A stretch of DNA of 60,640 bases, filler included. It is 5 parts of 5 records of this genome, joined end to end, with 100 filler letters (N's around TTAATTAATTAA, not from the genome) between each part and the next. Parts side by side here need not be neighbours in the genome. Positions count along the whole stretch, not along the records: positions 1 to 10,159 come from SRR2962707_1631; positions 10,260 to 23,347 come from SRR2962707_1640; 3 more parts are not named here. The stretch is one strand, 5' to 3'. The notes beneath the pieces are model-generated. The model saw nothing but the letters and a program-made list of their open reading frames with translations, did no database searches and was not told the origin of the DNA. How positions within the stretch are numbered: the first letter of the stretch is position 1; the number at the start of each line of letters is the position of its first letter. Position numbers and translations under genes: made by a program. Shown here piece after piece: positions 9,741 through 17,704 of the stretch.

Positions 9741-10058
9741 TCAGTGCATATGACCACGATGGCTGTCGTCGTCATAACGTTCCGATTGCTCGATCCATTG
9801 TTCGACTTCATCGGCACTTTGCATCGCCAGTGCGATTTCAAGGTCATTTTGAACATGGGCAAGATTGTCAAACATCGGGCACCAGCCAAAGGCTTGAATG
9901 CGGGGATCGGTATTGGATGAAATTGTAAACAATTCCCCGTCAATCGGATGAACCATGCCGTGAATGACGTCTTGTTCACCGATAATCAACCAGCCCTGAC
10001 TGGCGCCAGACAGCGTGCCGAGCTTGACTTCACGCAGTTCAATTTTCACTGTTTTCAT
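9741..10058 (-). CDS. Hypothetical protein (105 aa, acidic)
   Basis: ATG-started ORF downstream of the tRNA terminator. No family recognised. Confidence 0.6.
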   Translation of the reverse strand: MKTVKIELREVKLGTLSGASQGWLIIGEQDVIHGMVHPIDGELFTISSNTDPRIQAFGWCPMFDNLAHVQNDLEIALAMQSADEVEQWIEQSERYDDDSHRGHMH

Positions 10059-10094
10059 GGTGATGCGTTCCCGTAAGATCAGACGGCTAAAAAC

Positions 10095-10129
10095 AAAAGG
10101 GACCGAACAAAATGTTCGGTCCCTTTTTT
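10095..10129. terminator. Intrinsic terminator downstream of the tRNA
   Basis: AAAAGGGACCGAACA-AAA-TGTTCGGTCCCTTTT perfect hairpin with A/T tails. Confidence 0.85.
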
Positions 10130-10131
10130 AT

Positions 10132-10159
10132 TGGCTCCGGCAGCAGGACTCGAACCTGC
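10132..10159 (-). tRNA. 3' fragment of a tRNA, probably tRNA-Asn, cut by the contig end
   Basis: Minus strand reads GCAGGTTCGAGTCCTGCTGCCGGAGCCA: T-arm, acceptor strand, discriminator G and CCA. The anticodon is not visible. Confidence 0.8.
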
Positions 10160-10259
10160 NNNNNNNNNNNNNNNNNNNNNNNNNNNNNNNNNNNNNNNNN
10201 NNNTTAATTAATTAANNNNNNNNNNNNNNNNNNNNNNNNNNNNNNNNNNNNNNNNNNNN
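10160..10259. other. Artificial contig linker (N44-TTAATTAATTAA-N44)
   Basis: Stop-in-all-frames spacer. Base composition changes sharply across it. Confidence 0.99.
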
Positions 10260-10260
10260 G

Positions 10261-10491
10261 GGAGACAATGAAGTCGAACGCTATCTAGAGTACTTAGTGT
10301 TAAAACAAAACGTTGCACCGCGTACGCAAGCCACAGCACTCAATTCATTGTCATTTTTATACAAGCACATAATAAAAAATGAACTGTCGTTAAACTTAAA
10401 TTTTGCCCGCAGTAAGAAACAAGCAAAACTACCTGTAGTTATGACGCCAGAAGAAGTTAAGCTGCTTATGACTCATTTAAATAAGCGTTAT
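10261..10491 (+). pseudogene. intI: Integron integrase (IntI) N-terminal fragment, truncated before the catalytic domain
   Basis: 'EVERYLEYLVLKQNVAPRTQATALNSLSFLYK...ARSKKQAKLPVVMTPEEV' is typical of IntI. Similarity stops where 'LLYGxGLR' should follow. Confidence 0.85.
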
Positions 10492-10531
10492 GGACTTCAC
10501 ATAGTTTGCTGGACGGTACCCGCTAACTTAC

Positions 10532-10588
10532 TTTGGGGCAATGGCGAGTCAGCAGATAACTTGCCAATGGACAGAAACGCGCTAAATT
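10532..10588 (+). repeat. Dispersed ~57-bp direct repeat, copy 1
   Basis: TTTGGGGCAATGGCGAGTCAGCAGATAACTTGCCAATGGACAGAAACGCGCTAAATT. Confidence 0.75.
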
Positions 10589-10764
10589 ATTTGCTCTAAT
10601 TCGATAAAAAAACAGGCCAATGATGAACACAAATAATTAAATTTCTATCCCTTACCAACAAATTTCTTTACTATTTTTTAATTTTTAAGTCTATGTTTTA
10701 GTATAAAAATGGTTATTATATAGGTGAATAAATAACCTAAACCATTACAGAGGATGATATACAT

Positions 10765-10887
10765 ATGTTCATTAAACCAGGACCGAAAAGAGAAAATGAT
10801 GATGGAACGCCGGATAAAAGACAACGTACTAACACACCAGATAAACATAAGCCGTTAAAACGACATGATCACCAACGAGGTGATTAA
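10765..10887 (+). CDS. 40-aa hydrophilic microprotein (not in the ORF track)
   Basis: AGAGGA RBS, then MFIKPGPKRENDDGTPDKRQRTNTPDKHKPLKRHDHQRGD*. More GC-rich than its flanks and followed by a hairpin with a T-run at 10936-10980. Confidence 0.6.
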   Translation: MFIKPGPKRENDDGTPDKRQRTNTPDKHKPLKRHDHQRGD

Positions 10888-11006
10888 TTTAGATCTAAAT
10901 CATTTGAAGTTATTATAATTTTGTTACTATTTTTTGGGAAAATAAACTCCAAGTTTTATTGGTTTTTTATTTTTCCCTTTATTTTCCACTGTACTATCCA
11001 ACTCAT

Positions 11007-11063
11007 AACGGGACAAAGGCGAGTTATATACATAACCCGTCTATTGGACAGAAATGAGTTAGG
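11007..11063 (+). repeat. Dispersed ~57-bp direct repeat, copy 2
   Basis: AACGGGACAAAGGCGAGTTATATACATAACCCGTCTATTGGACAGAAATGAGTTAGG. Confidence 0.8.
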
Positions 11064-11161
11064 ACGAATGCGTGCTTTGTGCCAGAAGCAGCCGTTAAAT
11101 GAAACCTATAAAATCAAAGTCACAGAAAGCATTGATCGACCCCATTGATCAGTTTTTGAAA

Positions 11162-11192
11162 GTATGTCGGATGACGCCTTCGCCGCCCGACA
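11162..11192. repeat. REP-like hairpin
   Basis: GTAT-GTCGGATGACGCCTTCGCCGCCCGACA: TGTCGG/CCGACA stem with a near-GTAG tetranucleotide. Confidence 0.45.
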
Positions 11193-11238
11193 ACAAATGA
11201 GCAGAAAACCCAACTTACCATGTTTGCCCTATTTTTTG

Positions 11239-11751
11239 TTAAAAGTCACTCATGGCGTCTAACTTTCCTTCTCCACGCAAGCTGGCTTCAAGTTGTTCAG
11301 ACATAGTCGCAAAACTACTTAATATTTGTTCATAACCATATTTAGAAGGAAGACTCCAAGCTGAGCATTCCGATATAGCTGGTATACCTGGAAGAAGTTC
11401 AAGTTGCAAGCGGGCTTTACTATCTTTTGCAACAAATCTAATATCATATTCAGAGTAACAATAAGGGCTTAGCGACGATGTTAACATCTTCCACCGAATA
11501 AGCCCTTTACCCATTAAGGTTCCGCTGGATTCGTCCTCAACTCGCAGAACAGCTTTACTATCACCATAAGCAGTTGCAATATAATTTCTAGCCCTCTTCC
11601 ACAATTCAGCTTTATCACTATCAAGATCGATATATGTAAAAGTTTCCGCTTGCACGTTTGATTGAGATATAGGGTAATCTGGGGAATTTGGGTTTGTTGC
11701 ACACCCTAGAAATACCAAGCAGGCAGTAAAACTTATTGAAAGCTTTTTCAT
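11239..11751 (-). CDS. Lipoprotein, DUF4468-like, cassette-like gene
   Basis: Lipobox 'FLGC' and 'KAELWKRARNYIATAYGDSKAVL..EDESSGTLMGKG'. The stop codon lies in TTTTAAC. Confidence 0.75.
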   Translation of the reverse strand: MKKLSISFTACLVFLGCATNPNSPDYPISQSNVQAETFTYIDLDSDKAELWKRARNYIATAYGDSKAVLRVEDESSGTLMGKGLIRWKMLTSSLSPYCYSEYDIRFVAKDSKARLQLELLPGIPAISECSAWSLPSKYGYEQILSSFATMSEQLEASLRGEGKLDAMSDF

Positions 11752-11779
11752 TAGTTTAAATTCTTATTAAAATATTCAC

Positions 11780-11842
11780 AGCTAACCGCTCCCAAGGAGG
11801 AGCAAAACCAATTTTTTGTCCCACGGATTTACCTTTTTACAT
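11780..11842 (-). mobile_element. Degenerate attC-like recombination site
   Basis: Minus strand: ATGTAAA (contains the stop) AAGGTAAATCCGTGGGACAAAAAATTGGTTTTGCTCCTCCTTGGGAGCG-GTTAGCT. Has R''/R'-like ends and fills the space between two tandem genes. Confidence 0.5.
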
Positions 11843-12454
11843 GCACTCTTGCAGTTTTAGTACAAAGGTTTGACCATCCATTTCCGAAGGAATAATAATC
11901 TCTGTAGAATATTTTAGAATAGCGCTTTCATTTCCTATTTTGTACTGTAGTAAGCTAAATAAATCCCAAAGACTAGATAAAAAAGCGTCAAGAGCCTCAT
12001 CATTTAGGCTTACTCCGCATCGTGTGCCCGAAAAAACTGTATGCAAGTCATTGTGAGATAAAACTTTGTTTCTGTAATTTTTTAAACCACTAGACTCAAA
12101 TTTATCCTTAATATCTGACAAACTGCTCATTATATCAGAGTCTTCAAGTAGTGAATGATTAGTTATGATGTATTCGAATGACAAGTTATCTTCACCACAA
12201 GATGACTTAGGGTCTAGCAATCGAGCCAATTTAGAATAGATGTTATTAATTAGACATTGTTGATAATTAGCAAATACCCAATCACTGAAATCTCTTAGGA
12301 TTTTTACATTTTGCTCAGTACCAAATATCTGCCGATAATACGTCAAATCAGTTGATACATTTACGAGTAAATTCTTCATTTGTAACAATGAGTTCAATAC
12401 ATGCTCCTTGCGCATATAGTCATAATTATCCCCACACACTGTTATCCTTTGCAT
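11837..12454 (-). CDS. HEPN domain protein, AbiU2-like (putative RNase/defence)
   Basis: 'LARLLDP..S.GEDNLSF' plus the HEPN RX5H motif 'RNKVLSH(ND)'. The start may be Met14 at 12415. Confidence 0.7.
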   Translation of the reverse strand: MQRITVCGDNYDYMRKEHVLNSLLQMKNLLVNVSTDLTYYRQIFGTEQNVKILRDFSDWVFANYQQCLINNIYSKLARLLDPKSSCGEDNLSFEYIITNHSLLEDSDIMSSLSDIKDKFESSGLKNYRNKVLSHNDLHTVFSGTRCGVSLNDEALDAFLSSLWDLFSLLQYKIGNESAILKYSTEIIIPSEMDGQTFVLKLQECM

Positions 12455-12989
12455 TTCAGAAAGTTAGCTAAAAAGTCAAAAACACCGTTTGGAAACGTAA
12501 TGAGTTTGAAATAAATATACAGTAGAAGATAGAGTAAATAAACATACTTTATATTGGCTTAGATACCTTTATAAAGGGTTTATGAATTAATGGGTTCACA
12601 TTGCAAAGTGCATGTTTTAGGTTGTAACTGCCTTATTCACGTTCAAAGCTGACCTGTAAAGTAATTGCTTCAACTTAACCTTGATTTTCGAAGTGCAGCA
12701 GAGGAAATCATAATAGATGCAATACAAGATTATAAGGCCCTAGATTTTAACGGAGACTTTAAACCATACAATTTGCCAATCGAGATCCGTCGTGTGCTAA
12801 TTGTATCTTTCTAGAGGATGCGTTCGAATGAGCATAAAAGAACAGGGTATCGCGGTAATGGAGGTGTTGCTTAATGAACTACCCTCCTTACTCTATACTT
12901 ATACTATAAACATAAGAAATATACGGGTAAATTTTGTAGGGCAAATCACTGTGAACAGAATGTGTTTAGTGGGTCGTCTACAAACACGC

Positions 12990-13044
12990 TTTGGGGCAAA
13001 GGCGAGTTATATTTATAACTCATCACTGGACAAAAGCGTTTTAG
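12990..13044 (+). repeat. Dispersed ~57-bp direct repeat, copy 3
   Basis: TTTGGGGCAAAGGCGAGTTATATTTATAACTCATCACTGGACAAAAGCGTTTTAG, with a perfect GAGTTATA/TATAACTC stem. Confidence 0.8.
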
Positions 13045-13091
13045 AGACTAAGGACAGCTTAAAATATAAGAGGTAAACGAATTAAGTAAAC

Positions 13092-13478
13092 TTGGCTGTA
13101 CAGAAAAAGCTTGAAGTATTAGCGCTAATTGAAAAACTTTGAAGTGTCAGTACAGCCTCACGTCAAAGTGGCGTATCGCGAGATACTATTCACCGTCACC
13201 TAAAGCTGGTTAAGCAAGGAGGGCCTGATACTTTAAAACGTCAAGAGACTCCAAACCTGCGACATAAAAATTGTGTAGATCAAGCGATAAAGGATGCGGC
13301 TGTGGAATTCTCAATTGAGTATTCACATCTTGGCCAGCAGAGAGTCTCAATTAAGCTGACTAAGGCACTTGGTGTTAATATTACTAGCATGTGGCTTAGA
13401 AATAACGAAAATACTACCGCATTGAGAGTTGAAAGATCGCAAGTGTCAAAAGGAGCAGCACAAACTCTAGCCAGTTAA
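13092..13478 (+). pseudogene. IS481-family transposase-like N-terminal HTH relic
   Basis: Manual translation: 'KLEVLALIEKL*SVSTASRQSGVSRDTIHRH..QGGPDTLKRQ..PNLRHKNCVD..HLGQQRVS..SMWLR'. In-frame TGA at 13140; no DDE domain. Confidence 0.7.
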
Positions 13479-13564
13479 CTCACTGGCTGGCATAATATTT
13501 ATGTTAAAGTTACTCGGTAATTAGACCTTCATAATCCCTTGGTAAACATACGAATACAGTTTAT

Positions 13565-14077
13565 TTACTCTACATTTTTTCGTTGAGTACCAAACCATTC
13601 TTTTAACTCTACAGCATATGTTCGATGTGATTTTGTGTAAACCTGTTGAGACAACATTGAGATATTGTGTCTAGCCAGCTCTTTCTCCATTTCAACTTGT
13701 GCTTTTCGCATAACGGCTTGAATCCCACACATCCCTTTACATGCCCAACTTGGCACATCATCTGAAAAAATATCCATTCGTTGGCGAATTTCTTTGCAGT
13801 CAAAAATGGATTTTTCACCATCAATTGCCCGCACAATATCAAGCACATTTATGTCTACAGGTAGCTTTGCTAACTTAAAGCCTCCTTTACGGCCTTCTGT
13901 GCTTTCGACTAACCCTGCCTTTGAGAGCTTAGTAAATATTTTGCCTAAATATTCATAAGGAACGCCTTGCAATTTAGCCGCTTCCCTAACCGACATGACA
14001 ATAGGCTGGTCGTGTTCATCGAGCATATTTACTAAACAATGAATACCATATTCCACACCTGAACTATAAAACGCCAT
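13565..14077 (-). CDS. Rrf2-family regulator, RsrR-like
   Basis: 'GVEYGIHCL', 'GRKGGFKLA', 'FDCKEIRQR' and 'CGIQAVM'. Confidence 0.88.
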   Translation of the reverse strand: MAFYSSGVEYGIHCLVNMLDEHDQPIVMSVREAAKLQGVPYEYLGKIFTKLSKAGLVESTEGRKGGFKLAKLPVDINVLDIVRAIDGEKSIFDCKEIRQRMDIFSDDVPSWACKGMCGIQAVMRKAQVEMEKELARHNISMLSQQVYTKSHRTYAVELKEWFGTQRKNVE

Positions 14078-14152
14078 GCTTTTCCTTTAAAACTTTTATT
14101 TGAAGTAGTAGTTGCAACTTGTTTCCTATCTTAATCGAAACAACTAAAAAAA

Positions 14153-14180
14153 TAAACTCCGATTAATGTTGTCGGATTTA
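14153..14180. promoter_or_regulatory. Candidate Rrf2 operator
   Basis: TAAA(C)TCCGA-N9-TCGGATTTA inverted repeat in the divergent intergenic region. Confidence 0.55.
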
Positions 14181-14236
14181 ATTTCATCTTGTATGATTCA
14201 TTTAAATCTTAATTGGCAAAAAAATAGGAATAAATA

Positions 14237-15436
14237 ATGAACAAAGAAATCGTAATTATTGGTGCTGGTTTTGCTGGCATGTGGGCTGCGTTAAGTGCAG
14301 CTCGTTTAGCTAAGCTGCAAGGGGCAGAAAATATTCAGGTTACTGTTATTGCTCCTGTTGCAGAGCTGCGTGTCCGCCCTCGCTTTTATGAAGCCAACGC
14401 TGGGTCGATGGTATCGCCACTAATGCCGGTGTTTGATGTTATGGGCGTGAGCTTTGTAACAGGTAAGGTTAGTGATATCGATTTAAAAAATAAAATCGTT
14501 CATTTTGTGGATGGCAATAACACGAAGAGTAAACAATATGACAGACTAGTGCTCGCTGCAGGTTCGAATCTACGAACAGATCTTGTCAAAGGTACAGCAG
14601 AGCATGCTTTTGACCTCGATCAAATCGAGTCAGCTATTGTACTTGATCAACACATCAACAATTTAGCAAATCAACCATTATCAAATGCCCGGAATACTGT
14701 CGTGGTTTGTGGTGGAGGCTTTACTGGTATCGAAATGGCAACTGAATTGCCAGCAAGGCTCAAAGCAAAATTTAATGACAACACCCCAATAAAGGTCATT
14801 ATTGTTGAGCGTAGTAATCAAATAGGTTCAAACTACAGTAAAGAACTACAAGATGTCATTAAGCAAGCTACAGATGACTTAGCAATTGATTGGATGCTTG
14901 ATGCACAAGTCGCTGAGATTTCAGCTCATGGAGTAACTTTGGCGTCTGGTGAAGTAATTGAATCAGATACAGTTATTTGGACTGCTGGCGTCAAAGCCAA
15001 TGACCTCACAAATGTATTTCCTGAGCAAAAAGGCCCACAAGGGCGATTGAAAGTTGAACCATCGTTGCAAGTTATAAATGAAGACCACATCTTTGCAACA
15101 GGGGATGTTGCTTATGCATTAACCGATAATAAAGGTAATCACGCACTGATGACTTGCCAGCATGCAATACAAATGGGTAAGTTTGCAGGTCACAATGTTG
15201 CTGCGAGCTTGATTGGTTGTGAAACAATTGATTACAGGCAAGAAAACTATGTAACTTGTTTAGATCTTGGAGCGTGGGGGGCTGTTTTTACAGAAGGTTG
15301 GGACCAACAAGTTAAGATGGTCAAGGAAGAAGCAAAAGCCGTCAAAATATCAATTACTAACGAATTAATTTATCCACCTAAAGCTGATATTGATATTATC
15401 CTTAAACAAGCTGACCCACTAGCTCCTTTTGTGTAA
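14237..15436 (+). CDS. NAD(P)/FAD-dependent oxidoreductase, type II NADH dehydrogenase-like
   Basis: Two Rossmann motifs (GAGFAG, GGGFTGIE), 'WTAG' and 'FATGD'. Confidence 0.88.
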   Translation: MNKEIVIIGAGFAGMWAALSAARLAKLQGAENIQVTVIAPVAELRVRPRFYEANAGSMVSPLMPVFDVMGVSFVTGKVSDIDLKNKIVHFVDGNNTKSKQYDRLVLAAGSNLRTDLVKGTAEHAFDLDQIESAIVLDQHINNLANQPLSNARNTVVVCGGGFTGIEMATELPARLKAKFNDNTPIKVIIVERSNQIGSNYSKELQDVIKQATDDLAIDWMLDAQVAEISAHGVTLASGEVIESDTVIWTAGVKANDLTNVFPEQKGPQGRLKVEPSLQVINEDHIFATGDVAYALTDNKGNHALMTCQHAIQMGKFAGHNVAASLIGCETIDYRQENYVTCLDLGAWGAVFTEGWDQQVKMVKEEAKAVKISITNELIYPPKADIDIILKQADPLAPFV

Positions 15437-15445
15437 ATAAAAAAA

Positions 15446-15474
15446 TCCCCATAAATAATTTATATTTATGGGGA
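15446..15474 (+). terminator. Hairpin after the oxidoreductase
   Basis: TCCCCATAAATA...TATTTATGGGGA stem directly after the stop. Confidence 0.55.
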
Positions 15475-15796
15475 CCTAATTGAGTTGATGCATGGCGAAT
15501 TAAAGTATCTATAAGTAATATGAAAAGCTGGTAGCTTACGAAGAAATCATGGGAGGCAATATTTTCTAGTTCAATTTTTTGAGCTGAAAACGCAAGTAAA
15601 ACACCTGATTGAAGATGCCTCGTGACATAATAAGTTTTATCGTCAATCTAAATAGTTTTGTGTCAAACCACTCTGGCTGAGTTGCGCTATTACTAATAGT
15701 TATACAGTAGTCGAAGTACATGCATCGCGGAACAAGCGAAATCATTTCATAAATAACAATGCCCCCTTCCCAGTAGTATTTTACAATCTATAAAAT

Positions 15797-15824
15797 AATT
15801 AATATACTAGCGAGTATGTTAATT
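15797..15824. promoter_or_regulatory. Palindromic operator upstream of doxX (candidate TetR site)
   Basis: AATTAATATACT-AGCG-AGTATGTTAATT, 11 of 12 positions complementary. Confidence 0.55.
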
Positions 15825-15842
15825 GTTGATAAAGGCTAAACT

Positions 15843-16253
15843 GTGGAAAACTATATTATTACTTTTTTAATACATCCCGCTACACTCGTTGTAGCTAAAG
15901 TAGTTTTAACTTTTGTATTTTGGATGGCGGGACTATTTGGTTTATTCAATTTCAAAGTGATTTACCAGGAAATGGTTGATGTCAATCTTCCTTCTCCGCG
16001 ACTTTTCGCGATCCTTACTATCATGACCCAATTACTAGGTTCAGCACTTATCATTACCAACTTCGGCGGATATGGCTGGGCCGGTGCTGGGTGGTTGGCG
16101 ATATTTCTTTTGTTAACCATCCCGCTAGGTCATCCATTTTGGAAGTTTGAAGAGCCGAAACGTACGCATGAGTTTCATATTGTACTTGAGCACGTAACAG
16201 TAGTTGGAGGTCTTATGCTGGCAGGTATCCTTTCAGTATTACCTGTGTCATAA
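15843..16253 (+). CDS. DoxX family membrane protein
   Basis: Four TM segments, 'HPFWK' and 'EHVTVVGGL'. Confidence 0.85.
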   Translation: MENYIITFLIHPATLVVAKVVLTFVFWMAGLFGLFNFKVIYQEMVDVNLPSPRLFAILTIMTQLLGSALIITNFGGYGWAGAGWLAIFLLLTIPLGHPFWKFEEPKRTHEFHIVLEHVTVVGGLMLAGILSVLPVS

Positions 16254-16595
16254 GTACTTTCTGGCATAAGAAATAAATATTATGCATTTGTTGACTTTCA
16301 ATTAAGCGTACACTTAATTTTTGGTGGGCGCTTAAAAAATTTAATTATGTGCTCCTTCTTGAGCATTCACGACGCTTCTACCTGATGTTATCTATGATAA
16401 CAACTCATTACGTCTCTTGTAATCGATGCCATAGCTTTCATTTAATTAATTATTTTGACAGTTAAGTGAGGTCACAAACCTTTTCAATCCTGATGATTTC
16501 TAGTAAAAATAGGAGCTATAAAGTTGGTTTTTAAGTAGACTTACGTCTATGATATTTACAGGTTATACGCTCAGCCAGAGTAGACTGGAGTTAAA

Positions 16596-17219
16596 GTGAT
16601 TGTAGAAAAAAAACAACGAGGCAGGCCTAAGGACAATACAAAGAAAGTAGCCATACTTGATAGTGCCCGTAATTTATTTCTAGAAAAAGGCCCTGATGTT
16701 ACTTTAGAAGAAATAGCGGCATCTTCCGGAGTTGCAAAAGCGACACTTTATGCAAAGTTTAAGGATAAAAAAAGTTTAATAGAAGCAGTAATACGCCGGG
16801 AATCAGACCTTACAATAACAGAGGAGCAGTATATAAGACTTGGACAAATTCCCGTTTCTCAAGCGCTCAATGAGTTTGGCTTGCAATACTTAGGCTTTAT
16901 TAATAACCGTGACTTATTAAATTGGGATCGGTTAATTTCAGCGTTAGAAATGAAAAATAATGAGCTACCAAAACGTTTTTTTGATTTGGGTCCCGGTCGT
17001 GGCCAGAATCTTCTAACAAAATTAATTGAACAGGCTGTTATTAAAGGACAGCTACCAAAATGTGAACCAAGCTATGCAGCAGATATATTGACGGGCCTTT
17101 GGCTTGGTTTTGTGAACCTTGAAATTAAGCTGGGTGTTCGCCCACCTCTGACAGACATTGAAATTGATGAGCGTGTAAAAAATGGCGTTAGAAATTTCTT
17201 CAAAATTCTGTCTGTTTAA
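16596..17219 (+). CDS. TetR/AcrR family regulator
   Basis: 'RGRPKD..K..AILDSA..LF' and HTH 'LEEIAASSGVAKATLYAKF'. Confidence 0.9.
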   Translation: MIVEKKQRGRPKDNTKKVAILDSARNLFLEKGPDVTLEEIAASSGVAKATLYAKFKDKKSLIEAVIRRESDLTITEEQYIRLGQIPVSQALNEFGLQYLGFINNRDLLNWDRLISALEMKNNELPKRFFDLGPGRGQNLLTKLIEQAVIKGQLPKCEPSYAADILTGLWLGFVNLEIKLGVRPPLTDIEIDERVKNGVRNFFKILSV

Positions 17220-17704
17220 AGTTTATTTAAGGTCCAAAGACCATACTTCGCGCATTAGGAATATATGGGATTTTATAACACCACATTGTTCTGATTAACC
17301 GTTCTTACAAATCAGGTTCATGTGGAAAATCACAACATGTGTAATAGTCTTATTGAGGCTACCACGGTAATTTCTCGCCAGGTAGAGTGAATTGGAGTCT
17401 GTCGTTGATAAAAACGCCGAATTAAGCCAGTTTTTCGTAACCGTCGTTCATAACTTAACATTACAAGGCAGTAATCTCTCTGTGTCAGGCTCAGGGTGAG
17501 TAAACACTTCGAGTAAATGCACTTGGGCCACGGTTACAGTTTTCTTAAAAGCAAATTAGTGGATTAAAAGAAATTATTCGTCTTAAAAAATGGGGGGTAA
17601 TTGTAAATTAAATTCAAACAATGCGGTATTCATTGAAAATTAGGAACGAGGTGTTAATGAAGATTATATCGCAACATCGAATATCTAGGTTTGTATTTAT
17701 AATA

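Noticed and set aside
10204-10215. Recurrent TTAATTAATTAA palindrome (also at 23392, 43721 and 49975)
   Set aside because: Synthetic all-frame stop spacer inside N runs.
10132-10491. tRNA 3' end next to an integrase, resembling an island attachment site
   Set aside because: They lie on different contigs separated by an artificial linker and differ in composition. The enzyme is an integron-type fragment.
10921-11148. 75-aa ORF
   Set aside because: It is translated from a terminator-like hairpin and repeat copy 2, so it is likely spurious.
12455-12520. Possible attI site upstream of the HEPN gene
   Set aside because: No convincing GTTRRRY core on the cassette strand, and it is not positioned next to the intI 5' end.
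10532-13044. Repeats read as a CRISPR array
   Set aside because: Spacing is 0.4-10 kb and irregular, the copies are degenerate, and there are no cas genes.
12600-13076. ORF 12801-13076 and nearby short frames
   Set aside because: TTG start, no recognisable motif, and it runs through repeat copy 3. Probably decayed DNA.
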